A DNA stretch of 64,000 nt from Raillietiella orientalis (lineage: Eukaryota), in assembly GCA_036172245.1 (NCBI GenBank), contig JAYWIR010000006.1:3534001-3598000 (forward strand), given 5' to 3'. This document shows positions 24,860-38,060 of this stretch, one piece after another (the first letter of the stretch is position 1; each line of letters starts with the position of its first letter). The notes below the pieces were generated by a model that was not told the DNA's origin, did no database searches, and saw only the letters and a program-made list of their open reading frames with translations. A program made the position numbers and the translations under genes.

Positions 24860-26240
24860 TGAGCACGAAAATCTGAAGGACACTCCAACAGGAGTCGAGG
24901 ACGCGATCCCCGCTCGCCGCGTCCCTCAGGGCGTTCTCTAAGGCCGTGGCCCCTGGAAGGCGGTCTAACCTTCTGCATCCGGGCGGGGAGACCTGAGAAA
25001 TCCGGGCAAACTGCCATGGGGCCGGCTCAAAAAGCTCGAACCTCGAAGAAAGGACCCGCTCGGTTTGGTTGGGAGGTCTCGAGGCTGACAGATGCATGCG
25101 CATCTCCGAGAGCGCTCGGGGCTTGTCCGGAAAGCCCCACTGCACTACTGCAGCACCGGCGACAACGAAGAGGATCGCTGAGGAAGAGCAGGATCCGCCA
25201 AAGGATACGAAGTTTTCATCAGCTTCGGTCCACTCGCCCACTTTGGTTGCTGTAAGAGGGCGTTGGGACATTCTCTTTGGTGGCTCTGGGGCGGCGGGTA
25301 ACGCGCTCTGGCCAGTGAAGCTCGCAAGAAGGGGAATCTCAGATGCAGAAGATTCACCGGAAAAAGAGGACAGTGTGAAAGGTCCGTCATGTCCCTCGAC
25401 CGTCTTATTAAGGGATCCCTTCCTCCCATCACCTTCCCGGGAACTGTAAAGGCGCTTGGTTGGGACAGCCTTAAAGACTTCCTCCTTTCGAAGGTCATCT
25501 TCCTCTGCCTCTTCCCCAAATCCTCTGTAGTTGCGCCCCGTTTCCCTTACATCAGCGTTCGGAGAACCTCGGAGCTTTTCCCCGCCTTCGTCCGGTTCTT
25601 GCGGTGACCCCAGGGCTGCTGCGCGCGCCTGCCTGTTGGGAGGGAGGAAGACGAAAGAAAACGAGGACTTCCGAAGCGCTCAGAATGCCGCACAGATGCC
25701 GTACAGGACGAAAACCGGAAGTCCTCTACACCCTACATCCTGGTCACCTCTCGCTCGTCCCATCGAAGGCCCGAAGAAATCGACCAGAGGGATACTTGTT
25801 TGAGGTGACCTCGTGACCTTCTGAGAGAGAGGAACCTCGTACCCGACTGCCCTGACCATTCGAAAGCGCAGCGGCAGCCCTGAAGAAGGGGAGGGAGGGA
25901 GGCAGATATCGCAGCTGCAGTGCTTTCCTGCTCGCTCTGTAGAGGAGTACCCGAGCTTCGAACTGTCCTTGTCTGGCCTCAGGAGCTCCGGGGTCCCAAG
26001 AACGACTACGTTTTGAAAGAGCTGGAGGCTTCCGGATCCCATGCTGACCGGATCCGTTTCTTGAGAGAACGGAGGCATCGTATGCGACGGCTCATCTTTG
26101 CAGTCTTCACCATCTTCGGCCGTCTTCATCTTATTGGCCTCTCTTGATCTTCTTGCTCCCAAGAATCCTCGGACCACACATTTATCGAGTGGCACCCACC
26201 TCTTGTTCTCATACGTCGATGCTCCGAGCGGTTTCTTCAT
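24860..26240 (-). mobile_element. Possible decayed LINE ORF2 (end of endonuclease to start of RT)
   Basis: Weak motif echoes only (LLRPDK..GYSS..CDICLPP; RPLTATK; WQFARIS), in a plausible order. Confidence 0.2.
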
Positions 26241-26353
26241 CGGAGGGAAGTCCCACCTGAGGGTCCGATGACGGCTGTGGCCATATTAGATGACGGAGGG
26301 AGCCGACCATAGGGAGCCTCACTTGTGGGGAATTTCATTTGGGGGAGCCTGAA

Positions 26354-27150
26354 GCCCGCTCTGGCGACCGTGTGGCTGAGGCCTTCGCGCGTGGCACCGG
26401 GCGTCGCGGGTTCGAATCCCTCCCGGGGAAGGATGGACTCCGAGAATGAGGGATGCGTCGTGCGTTTCGACTTCCCCCGCAGGATGACGCTGGTTGATGT
26501 GTAGACTTCGGGCGCAGCACTGGTGGAATCCGGTTGCCGGATGCTCGCTTGACTGGCCGCCAGATTGGAAGTGCACCCTCCGGAGTCCTTCTGGGAGTCA
26601 AGGAGCTGGTTCCTCCCCACCATCTGTGAAAAGATAGCCGTCCTTTCCTCCGTAGGGGGACCTTCCATCTTGTACCATGAGGCTCGTGGATCGATACCTC
26701 TCCCGAGTGTCCAGGAAGCGCTCTGCTCCCTTCGGGAGCGACCCTTCAGAGAAAATTCGGAAGCGTCCCTTCCGGATTCTCTTCAGAGGAAGAAACAAAG
26801 AAGGAGAGGTCCCCTTGCGGGTTCCCTCCAGAGAAGAAATTCTAGGAGCAGATCCTTTCCAGGTTCCTTTTAGAGAGAAAACTAGGAGCGGCCCTTTCCA
26901 GGGGATCGACCCCTCTGGAGAGAATGAGGAAGAGGCCCCCTTTTGGGTTCCCTTTGGAGACAACCAGAGTGGAGGGTTTCCTTCGGGGTTCCCCTGCCAA
27001 GCGTGTCCCGTAGAGCGGTCCCCTCCCGGGGCACCTTCTAACTTGAAGAATCGCTGCACGCACCCTCGGGAGGCGTAGACAGCGTCAGAGGGCTTCATGA
27101 GCCTCCTCTGAGGGGATGGAAGGTTCTTCAGCACTTGCCAAACCAAAAAT
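26354..27150 (+). mobile_element. tRNA-headed SINE-like element with internal ~42-bp array, copy 1
   Basis: A-box-like TGGCGACCGTGTGG (26362) and B box GGTTCGAATCC (26409-26419). Alignable over ~790 bp with the reverse complement of 40640-41385. Seven ~42-bp units at 26714-26998. Confidence 0.8.
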
Positions 27151-29420
27151 AGGAGCCTGAACATCCTTCGTTGCTAGTGAGGCAGCAAGGTCTTTGCATT
27201 TGAGGCCCTTCTTTCCACCGGCACTTCCACGAGCGTCAGAGGTGCTCTCCGGGAGATAAGAAGCATCCAGGATGACCTTCCTCATCCCCTTGGTCAGCAC
27301 CAATCCGGACGGAGACCAGAGTCCTTGACAGTTCTGGGCAGAATGCCGGAAACTACCTTTCAACTCCCTTCAGCTGCCGTCTTCAATTGGCGAAGAGATG
27401 CGTCGTGACGCTGAGTGTACTGGGGGGAGAGTAGGGAAGAAGGGTTCTGCACACTAGATGGTGTGTCACCCCGCCCTTGACACCTCTCCTGGTGTCTTTC
27501 TCATGGCCTTGGCAGGACGCAGCTCCCCTGACCAGGAGGACGCCCACCCGAGAGGCACGAATGCACACACCTTGAAGTGCGAGAATGTGGCTGGAGCTTC
27601 TGGCAAGGAAACGTTGTCGTCCGACGTCCAGCGCAACCGCAGAGCGCCAGCCAGGACGCCCTCCGAGCGGCTGAGCACCTTTGATCTCTCCAGCCGCTGG
27701 ACCTCTCAGCCGGAACATCGCAGAGGTCCCTACTCCGCTTGGACGTCCCGAGGGCTTGGAAACTCCCACGAAAGGATGCCCGATAGCAACTTGGGAACGC
27801 CCTCGAGCATCCGTCGCGCGCGCGCCCACCAGCCGGCCATTCCTTCGTGGGCAGTGACCGAGCCGAAGAGGTTGAAGGAGCGGAGCCTAACTCCCTCGCT
27901 CCTTCAGTCCCGAATCTCCTCCGGGTTTCCTTTGCTTCGCCGATGGGTCCGGCATCGCGCACGGGCGCGAGGGCGAGAAACAGGCGCGCGCCGCGAAGAG
28001 GACCGCTCGCAATTCACCGCCATCTCGCGGGAGGAATGGCCCTCCAGCAAGCGGATGCTGCCCGGACCGCAGCCGCTGGATCCGGCGGACACAGTCCCGC
28101 GCGGACTGACCAGGAAGGCCCCAGCAGCGCGCGGCAGCGGTCTCTACCGTCCCTCTCTGCTCGTGTCCGAGCAAGCCGCTTGTTCCGGTGACGTCACGCC
28201 CGATGTAGTGCCGACGCGCAGGCGCGGAGAGGCGGAGGTACGGCGCGATCGATTTTGAGAACTCCTCGAAGGATTTCGGAATTGAGAGGAGGACGGGAAA
28301 GGGAGCCCCTTAGCTCAGGGAGCCGCCCCGCGGGCTCGGGGAAAAGCGAAAGCGCTGGCCAGCAGGAGGCTGAGGCGGACACTCTCCCGGACCCGTGCGG
28401 AGCGGTTCGAGAGATTCCACCGGGCATGACCGATAATGGGACCTCCACCCTTTCCGAGTTGACGACGGCGGATCGGACGGGTGACTGAAAAATCGGGGCG
28501 AGGCAGACGCCAAAGGGACGTCCTGGAGATGTGAAAGTCGATTTCCGTCATCTCCCGACTTAGCCTCGGGATGAAATGGGAGCGGGCGGCGGGATCTCCT
28601 TCTCCGTTCTCTCTGGGAAAGAAGGCGGTATGTCCGCGCGCGTTTTCCGGTCGGCTGACCGGGAAAGAAGGCCGCCCTCCACCCAGGCAACCTCTGCCTG
28701 GGGACTGTTGGGCCTCCCCTACGCCCTGGGCGCGGGAGCGGGACTCCCCGACCTGACTGACGGCAACTGCGATTCCCCTTCCGGGGTCATGAGGGGTCCG
28801 CGGGACGAGGAGGGAGTCCCACACGAAGCGGAGGTCTTCCCCGGGCAAGGGCGGGGCAAATCGGAACCCACTCCTCGGAAGGACCTTTTCCGATCTCCAG
28901 GGAGACGCCGGACGCTGGCACCCGCTGCCTTTTACTGTGGGTGCGGCCACTCCACTTCAAGGAGTACGACTCGGCGTTTCCAAAGATGGGTGGAATCCCT
29001 GGACATCCCCCGGGAGGAGTTCGAAACCTTGCAATTCCTGGTCATCGCCTCTGCCCTCCCTCTTCGGTGCCTGCAGACTGTCGTCTTCATGCCGGTGCGC
29101 TGGACGCTGCTCCGGAACGAGAAGCGCCACGACGCCTCAGCGGGGTATGTCTCCAAGGAATGTTCTCGTCTTCTCCCCCCCGCCCTGGGGTACAGTGGAG
29201 ACGCCCTCGCACGTACCTCTCGAATTCGGGAGGCTGTGCCAGGAATGAGAGCACATCTATGAGACACTTCGGCGCCACGGTAACACCCCTAAAGACCTTT
29301 TTAGAGATGGCCACGCCTCCAGGCTTTCCGGTCGTCTCGTCGATGACAATTTCCGGCCACCCACGAGCGACGGTGAACGCCAAAATGAAGGCTGACATCC
29401 CGTAGAACCGCTTGCGGTCG
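27150..29420 (-). mobile_element. Decayed LINE ORF2 (APE endonuclease plus RT relics)
   Basis: Collinear degenerate motifs on minus: GGVAI (~29320), SWRF (~29130), MPGGISRTAPHG resembling GKxPGPDG (~28420), FNLFGSVTAHE resembling AFDSVxH (~27870), WTSDD resembling YADD (~27620). Confidence 0.45.
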
Positions 29421-32400
29421 ACATCGCCTACATGAGAAAGGAAGAGAAAGAAGGGAGGAAGGAAGGGAAAAAGAAAAGAGAAGGAGGAGAAAGAAGAAGG
29501 GAAGAGGAGGAAGAGGAAGGAAAGAGGGAGGAGGAGTTGAAAAAAGAAATTCACGGCTTCCCTCCACAGCGCATTGAAGGAGGCGATCTCCATGGCGACG
29601 GCTCTGGCGACTGGCACATATTGGAAGAGGAGGGTGGTCCGATTAAAAAGACATGATATGCCTTCGTGGCCACCTTTTATTGCGTCTCGTCAGTAAGGGA
29701 GACTCAGCGACTGTCTCCCCCTTTTGAGGAACCAGAAAAGTTTTCCTGGAAGCCTCACACTGCGATGAGGGGCAAGGTGGACCCACGAAGTCTGGGCCAT
29801 GGCGATTCCACTCTTCGCGAGCGTCCCATGAGCCACCGAAAAAGAGACCTCCAAAAAAGGAGGAACTTGACCTTTGGGCGACCGCGGGCCACTCTGAGCC
29901 AGCGGGGGCATCCGCCAAGTGAGGGCACTCTGGCGGGAAAAAGTGTCAGTCGCGAGGGAGGAGGACGTGCAGGACGCGGGAACACGGGTAAGAGACCGAA
30001 GTCGACCCCCGAGCTCCAGCCGCAGGCCACCGCAGCGGCAGAGGCAACGGAGAGGATGCGGACGGGGTTCCAGCCAGCTTCCTGCCTTGGACCCATGCGC
30101 TGTGGGACCTCCGGCACGTAGAAGCGGCCTACCACCAGTGGGATCCAAGGCTGTTTCCCGATCTCTCAGCACGGAGAGCCCCGCCATGAAACACGGAAGA
30201 CGCACACCCGCAGAGCCCTAGTCAAGGACTGGCAAGTGGTCAAGAGGGCCACATGAAGGACAACTCTGTCCGAAGTGAGGACTCTTCGAGGGACAAGGAA
30301 CGGCACCACTCTGAGAATCCCCCGTAGAATCCTCATCAGGAGGACCAAATCCCGAAGGGATGCACAAGCGGCATCCACGGACATCCTGATGAGTTTGACA
30401 AGAAATCGCAGTCCGAGACTGCGATAGAGTTCCATATGCATCCTCCAGAATCTTCAGGAAGAATCCCTAAGACCGGAACCACCAATGGGGACCCCTTCCC
30501 ACACCACCGGAGAAACGCGCGTCCAACAGGTAGAGGTGCACCCCTGTGCTGAGGAGCCCAGGTGAGAACCTTTCCGTGTTGCCCAAGGCAAGGGAGAAAA
30601 CCTCTGATCCGGCATCTGCACCGTTTTGCGGGAGGAACAGGAGATTTTCCACCCGGAGCGCCGGCTGAGGACCCTCCTTGCCGAGAGAAGAACCCCCGCA
30701 GCCAGAGGTCGGCACGATCCCTGGCAGCGGGAGCGCCGGCGGCCGCCTCCGTCGCAGTCCGCGCAATCTACCAAGGGGGAACGATCGTCGCGCTCCTGGA
30801 GCAGCGTCTGGGCGTGGCTCCCCCGTGGCGCAGGAAGACCGCAGCAGTAGCGCATCTCGGTCGTAGCTTAGCGGGCGGGCGGGATAGCGCTCCAGCTGGA
30901 GGCGGGAGGCGGAACTCGGCGGTAGGAGGGAAGCGCGCGTGCGGGGGAGGGAAGGGTAGTTTCCCAGATCGCGAGGGAGGAGCCGGCCCGCAGTCCCCTG
31001 TGGCCACAACGTTTCCCTCGCAGAGGGTGGGTTCCCCTCCGACCATCATCGCCATCAACAGAGGGGAGAGGGAGGGACCAGGCGACGAGCTCTCGGCGGC
31101 GGAGGCTGCCAGCAGCAGGGAGATCGGTGGGGAGGGGGAAGAGGAAGGCCAGTGGCCCCTCAAGGCCAAGGCAGCAGCGAGGAGGGGCTCGGAGAGCATC
31201 TGCGCGAAGGGGAGGGGAGGAGGAAAAAGATGGGGAACCTGAAGTCCCCTCGCAGTCTCGGTTGCGAGGTAGTGAGGACGCCACTCCCTCACAACCAACC
31301 TCGCACGCTGACGTCTCAGGACCAGGGGAAGTGATGCACCGAGCCCTTCCAAGCTGGGGAGAAGACTAGGCCTTCCCGCACCCGGGAACGTTTCGCCGTG
31401 GTCCTCCAGCTCACAACGGCGGCCATGTTGCTGCGGGTCCGGCAGCTCCGGCGGCGCCTCGACCAGACGGCCAGCGTGGCCGCCACCAACGGCGCTCCCC
31501 ACAAGGGGACCTCGGACGCCAGCGCCTTCTGGAGCGGGTCCTACGAACTCTTCCTTCCTCCCCTCTGGGAGAATTCTGGAGCCATGAATCCACCGCCCTC
31601 TAGAGTCCCGGAGCGCTGCCTTAAGCTCCCATCACACGACCCTTGACCTTCATACCCGCGCGGTGCTCGTGGATGTCCCTGCGCATCTCCTGAAGCGACA
31701 GCTACCACTGCGTTGCCTCTGGACGGTCCTCTGCGACAGGCTCCCCCGGGGCGTTTCTCCTCCCAAGGCAACAAGCGTTGCAGGTGAGCAAATCCGCTGG
31801 GATTTCCGGGAGGTGGGAGCCAGCAAGGAAGCCACAGACTCGCAGGGAGGTTGCGTGGAAGGGCTGGACGGGACACGGATAAACGGAAGGGAGACAGAGG
31901 GCAAGGTAGTTCGACCGCTCCCGCCGCGTTTCCTGCGATCTGTGTGCGATGCAGGCGGCGTCCCACTCGACCCACCTGAGGGCTCCAAAAAGACCATTTC
32001 GTCGTGGTCCTCGCCGCTGCGGGATCCAGGCGCTCAGCCCTTCCTCCCTGCTGCCGCGCGCCTCCGGAGGTATCCCGGGACGCCACCGTCCTCCTGAAGC
32101 GACAAGGGACGGGGAGACCGGGCAGCAGGAGGCGAGGACCGCGTCTCGTGCGAAGCGGACGGAGTATTCGCCGGATCGCTTACGGGCCTCCGGGTCAGTC
32201 AGTTGCGGTCCAGCAGGGGGCGCGCGTGGAGGTCTTTACTTTCTCGAGGAAGGCGCAGACGGGAGAGTCCCGGAAAAGCCTTTTCGTACAGCCGCCTCAG
32301 GGAGAGCACGGAGCTATCCAAGTCACGGTGCCAACGGGACAGACCGTTGGCGACAGGGGCGGCGCAGTGAAGAGTTGAGCGCGTTGACCTTCGGGGAGCG

Positions 32401-32449
32401 CGGAGACGCTTCCTAAGGCCACCCCTAAAAGGCGTGGTCAAGGCGCGTC

Positions 32450-32700
32450 TTCACGCGCGGAGCGACATCGCCCTCGCGGAGTCCAGGCTAGGGAAATGCA
32501 CCCCGGAAGGGGACCACGCCCTTCCCATCGCGTGCTCTCTCCTGAGGATGACCGCAAGGGGACCGCACCCCTCGCACTGCAAGCAGCGACTTGCCTGCAT
32601 TTCGGAGAGGACGCCGACGACGCCAGGAGGGTCGCTGTGACCGCCTGCCCCGACGGCTTGGAGACCCACCGTCTCTTTCCCCGCGAGGGCTCTTCGGTGC
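32450..32700 (-). pseudogene. Possible decayed gag/ORF1 zinc knuckle
   Basis: SRCLQCEGCGPLAVIL fits CX2CX4HX4C spacing, with the H and last C substituted. Confidence 0.22.
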
Positions 32701-34569
32701 AGCGGTACCCCTTGGCCACGACCTGGGACCTTCAGAGATTGCCATTACCCCGCGAAGGAATGATCTCCGCTTTGTCGGTCGTTTACGCGCAGATGTGCTC
32801 TTTCGATGAACACCCCGGGGTGACCTCTCCATCCCGAAGATCCTTCCTGGCCAGTTCATACCAGAACGGGGAAAAGCGAAAGGAGGAGGGGGGGAAGGAA
32901 GGAGCGCCAAGCGAATGAACAAAGGGATGGACACTCGGATAGACCGGTCTCACGTCAACGAACGCGATCCTTGAGGGTATCCGTATCGGACAGGGAATGG
33001 GGCGGCAGAGAAATGGTGAGTTCGACGGTGTTAGATTAGTGCCGGCCTCTCCACGGAGTGCCTTCTGAGGCATGCGAAGTCCAGACCGGGCCAATCCCCT
33101 GCCCTCGGCCGAGGACGATCACAGGGTCCTCCGGGACTATGGCCACGTTTTCCCTCCGTCTTGGCTGTGACCGGTGCTCGCTCGTGGCACGGAGGTTACC
33201 AGCGATGTGGCAACCTGCCACATACCCGTTTTCGTCCGGGGGTCGCCCGGACGAAAGTAAGGGTGCCGGGGATCAGCCCAGCACCGCCGACTATCGAGAC
33301 CCGCGGCCGTCCGTGGCTCATCTTGCGAGCGAACCTCGGATCACGCAGCAGCCTTCCCGGTATACCGCCGAGCACGCCCTGTGGCGCTAGTTGAAGCTCC
33401 TTTCCACCTCCTCCAGACAACAAGGAAATGGCGTGGCTGTCGGCATACCAGGCACGGAAGGGTTGCCCTGGCGTGACCGGGTGGCAGCCTCCTCCGGACA
33501 CAGACGCTAGGCTAGTGACACGGACTCAGTACGAGGAAGAGCCGCGCGACGTGTGGTGTGCTGGAAGGTCCAGAGCGTGCCGCGGACGATGCGAGAGCAG
33601 TCAGGGAGCCCGGAAAGGGGTTACTGTGCCCGAAGCTGGCCGCGTTGAGCCGCGATGCGAGAGGCAGGCACTCCGGAGGCCACCTCCAAGAACCTCGAGG
33701 TGCCACCGTCCACTGCATCTCCGCGGCGCTTGTGGGTGGCATCCGCAGCCCTGGGTGCCCCTGCTGACCCGCGCTTCCGGCCTCCTTGGACGGCAGCGCT
33801 CCGCATCGACGACGAGGAAGTGGCGCTTTCTTGCCGCTTGCCGGAGTGTCAGAGGCTCACTCATGATCGCCGTCTCCCATCCTCCCCCTAACCGCCCGAC
33901 CTCCTGGCTCTCCGGGGAGTCCGTGCAGCCCGCTTGCAGGACGCTCCGCACGTCCGAGAGCGACGGAGGTCAGCCTCCGTGCCGGCGCTAGCGGGTGGTG
34001 TGACCGGTCTCAGCCTATCTTGCCGTGACCAACGTCCGCCGTTCCATTACCTCCGCGCAGAGAGTCTCATGGCGGTCCAACGTCCGCTTCCTGTCACGTG
34101 ACAGCCAGCAGGTCGAAGGTCGTCAACCCAGCTGCATCGGAACACGATCGACCGGGTCCTCCCAGATGACCGCTCGTGCCCGCGGACGAGGCAAGTGAGC
34201 TCAACCTCCTCCCAGACACTCCAGGATCGACCTCGAGCTGAGTGCTCGCGGACAGTGTCTGAATGGTCCGCCGCTCGGCCAGCTGGACCGCCTGACAGGG
34301 ACCTCCGCAACTTTGCACCCCAAAGCTGGAATGTCAGGGCCAACTCAAGCTCAGGCTTCTCGGTCCGCATGTTCTACGCTCCCTCCGGCTGCGCAGGAGC
34401 GGCAACCCTCGCGGGCATCTGCCGCTAATGCTGCACGGAGGAAAGGATCCGCGCGCAACCGACTTAACTGGTGACCTGTCGCTCTAGCAGTGGATGGGGA
34501 GATCAAGTCGCTGTGGAAACCGAGGGCAAGGTAAGGACGAGACCTCGCTGAGGCTGCTTCGGGTGGTGG

Positions 34570-35096
34570 CGGCTTCCTTGTTCTCTCCAGAGGGATCTCC
34601 TAGAGGTGGAGAGTCGCTCCTAATTCCTCCTCCGGAAGCGCCCTCCGGAGGGGATCCGCTCCCTGTGGATGCTCCTCTGTAGAGAACCCGAAGGGAACAG
34701 CGCGCTTCTTCACGCTCTGGAGAGGCGACCCCCGAGGAAAGGCATCAGGCAGCTCTATGTTACGCGATGGGGGGTCTCCCCGAGGGAGACCATAAATTTT
34801 GACTCCATTTTCAAATTTGGAGGGGAACCACGAAGGGATCCTTGACTCCTGGAAGGTCCCCGGAGGGTCGACTCGCAATCTTAGCCAGTGGATGGGGACG
34901 TCCGGTTCCCGGCATCCACCGGTGCCACTGCACCAGAATATGGGCCAACCAGCATCATCTAGTGGGGGGTACTCGAAACCCAAGACGCCCTCCCCATTCT
35001 CGGTGTCCCGCACCCTTCCCTGGGCGGGATTCGAACTCTTAACGCCCGGTGATGCCACGCGCGGGAAAGCCGCAGCCACACGGCCTCCAGCGCGGC
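34570..35096 (-). mobile_element. SINE-like element, copy 2 (3'-truncated)
   Basis: Minus strand GCCGCGCTGGAGGCCGTGTGGCTGCGG...AGTTCGAATCCCGCCCAGGGAAGG. The body and part of the array align to the other copies. Confidence 0.75.
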
Positions 35097-35199
35097 ATTT
35101 TTGGTGAGTCCCGGGAATAGCCGCGCCGCTCTCGGCATGAACCACTCTTCGTGCGGTCCTGCAGCCAGGACCCGCAGGACCAATCTGGCCCGAGGTGAC

Positions 35200-36000
35200 A
35201 GGCGAGGGTCAATCAGGAAGGAGGCAGGAATTTCCGATGCGCCAGTGATCTCAGTCCATCCAAGGGAGCGGACAGGAGCTTACCCTGGAGCTCATGGAGA
35301 AGCGTACAGGCCCGCCTCAGTCTGCGCTCCATCTGACGTTGCGCGTTTACAGATCGTTTCTTCCAAAAGTCGCCACTTGCCAAAAAGAAGGAGAGTGCAT
35401 CGAAAGATACAGATTGAGCCCCACGCCACACGACATCGACGTCCAGTTGGAGCCGGACGCTTGAAGGAAGGATCCTGGTGACCCCTGTTCCGGCACGTTG
35501 TCTTTGGCGGTCGCAGCAGACTGACCGGCTTCTCCGCAAAACCCTAGGGCTTCTTGGAGCCGATCCGCTGGAGAGAGGGCGTGCGCCTCAGTAGGAAGAG
35601 ATGCACGCCTGCCTCCTTCGCGGCTTCGTGGGATGGCCAGGGAAAAAAGGGGTACCCTCAGGCGGTGCCTTTGAGGATCTCTGTGGGAGGCGGGTGGGAC
35701 CTTCGGGCAACAGCCACTCTCCAGAAGAGCCGTCCCACTGCCCCATCAGGAATGCTGCCGAGGCACGGTGTCCGTTCGCGGACGGCAAGTTCCTCCGGCT
35801 CCTACTTGCCGCATGGCCCTCTTCTTGAAGAGGAGGGGTCGAAGAGTCGAAAAATTCCCGTTGGACGCGATGAGGCTCGAGGTCCACCGTGCTGACAACT
35901 GCAGGCGTGAATACGGCGAAGACAGCGGCTCCGGTTCCGGAGACGGACCTTGTCTTAGGACCACCACGGACGCGTCCTAGCGCCCCAGGTCCTCGAGCAG
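35200..36000 (-). mobile_element. Decayed RT fragment
   Basis: VLRQGPSPEP (~35950) resembles GxRQGxxLSP, and RRL..ELQGKLLS (~35280) resembles RL..WxGKxLS. Confidence 0.3.
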
Positions 36001-37129
36001 GGGAGTCGGGCGTGGCATCCCTGCTTCTTTGCAGCCTCACTTCCGGAGGCACATCCTGCATCTCCCGCGGCCCCATCGATCTTCAGAGCATGGCGGACGG
36101 AAGTGATCGACACGTCATCCGCCACATCCTTGGCCGCGGTTGACTGCTGCGTTTCTCTTCCCGCAGGAAGAGAAACGGCAGCAGCTAACCAACAGGCACC
36201 ACCTCGGCGGATGGACGGCAGCCCAGCGAGCCGACGTGGCCACGCCCTTGCAGTGGCCACCTTCGGCAGTAACTGACGGTGTCCCTCCCATACGTGTCCC
36301 GGGAGCTTCGTGCCGCTCCCCTTCCTCCTGCAGACAGCGGGTCACCGCCAAGGTGCTCCTTTGAGGTGCACGAGCTGTGGGCAGTGACGCCTTTCCTCCG
36401 GGCAGGGAACGCCTGGAGAGAACTCTCTTGCAAATCCCAAGGACCTCGAGTTTCGTTGTCTGAGGTGGGCGCTGCCTGTCGCCTGCGTCCGCGATCCACC
36501 GTCCTACCCTGCCGGGGAGACTCCTTCACGAGCAGAGGACGACCGCCACCTCCCTACCAGCCATCTCCGTGCCACGGGTGTCGGCGGGGTGGCCACAAAT
36601 GAGGAGGAGGAGTTCATCGTCTGCACTGCGCAGGAGCGAAGAACGGGAAGGGATGCAGCCCGGAGACCCTTCTCACCCCTGCACACAATTTCCTTCCATG
36701 TCCTCATTCCCCCGCACGCCTCCTCCCACTCCTTGTTCTATTGTTGCGTCACGCTGCAGCATACGCATATTTTGGCTAAATAAATGCCCGTGGGTGAAAA
36801 AGGCAGGCGTTGGCGCCTCCACCACCGTGAGACCCTCCAAGCCCCACCCCCATCCATCTGCCCGCGTTTTCTCTCCAGCTCTGTTACTTCCCTCCCGGGT
36901 CCGCACACGTCGGCCTTCCCCCTGCCGTTGGTAATCCTTCGAAGCGAATGGACAGGCAGTCCGGCACGCAAAGGTACGTACTCAGGCGTCCGTCGGTTGT
37001 CCGGCCTTCCTCCTTGTGCGCTCGCCTCTGCACAGGCTGGCGCGGCTTGGAGCCGGTCGGGTCGCTGGCGCGGAGGCCGCAGCGTAGACCTCGGTGGTCT
37101 CATCCGGAGGTGCTTCAGAACGGCAGGTG

Positions 37130-37380
37130 TCGACACTGCCTGTCTACCCACGTGAGGGATCGGTGGCGGCAGCACTGGAAGCAGGGAGACTGAGGCCCCT
37201 CTTCTCCGAGAAACAGGAATGAGGGACGCTCCATCTTGCGGGGACGCCGGCAAGGTGCTCTCCACCGTTTCCTCCGTCGATGGCCATGAAGGGCGCATGC
37301 GCAGGCCCGCTGCACACGTTGAAGCTCGAGATGCCTCGCTCAAACTTGTTGCGGGATCTCTTGGAGCAGCATGACATCGG
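37130..37380 (-). mobile_element. Decayed RT C-terminal fragment
   Basis: RWSVPHSCFSEKRGLSLP resembles W..L..PKExGGLGLP. Confidence 0.28.
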
Positions 37381-37644
37381 TGGTGAGCAGTAGGCTCTTT
37401 CCCTTAGGCGGCATCCATGGCCCTGTTCTGGACGGTGGCAGACGCCATGGACGGCTCACCTGAGGACACAACCCGCCGCTCGCTGGAGCCCTGGAATCTG
37501 CCTCGTCGCTGCATCCTTCTAGCCACTCGCATGAAGCTTCGCACTACCGGCGCAGACGCTTTTGCAGGACGCATAGTTCCTATGGAAATCAAATAACTGG
37601 AACCTATTGCATGCCTGCGTATACATGCATGAATTTCAATGAAG

Positions 37645-38060
37645 ATTTGAATGATGTAGATGTAGATGGAAATAGATACAGATACACCTAATACATAGAT
37701 ACGTTTTTATTAATGGACATATCTGGAGACAGATACAGATGCGGATGGATGTAGATGAGCGTGGGAATAGATAGATCAGGTCACGGACAGATACGGAATC
37801 TTTCAGCATGTATGGACGGACACGCGTACAAATAGATGCAGATATATCGATAGACATGAACAAATGTGGGTACATCCAGGCTTAGATAGATCGGAGAAGT
37901 AGAGAGACACAGATACAGAGTAGATACAGATACGAATGGATGTAGATACGCATGGGAATAGGTAGATAAAGGCATGGATAGATACGGAATCTATCAGCAT
38001 GCGTAGACGGACACCAGTGCAAATAGATGCAGATATGGATAGATACGAATAGATGCATCT
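37645..38060 (+). repeat. Degenerate (ATAGAT/ACAGAT)n low-complexity tract with an internal duplication at offset 191
   Basis: 37731-37865 aligns with 37922-38055 (agatacagat..ggatgtagat..gggaatag..gatacggaatc..tcagcatg..aaatagatgcagatat). Confidence 0.85.

Noticed and set aside
26354..26430. Functional tRNA genes at the B-box sites
   Set aside because: No convincing acceptor or anticodon stems, no T-run terminator, and each is attached to the same repeat body.
26714..26998. CRISPR array
   Set aside because: The units are contiguous and diverged with no unique spacers, there are no cas genes, and the context is eukaryotic.
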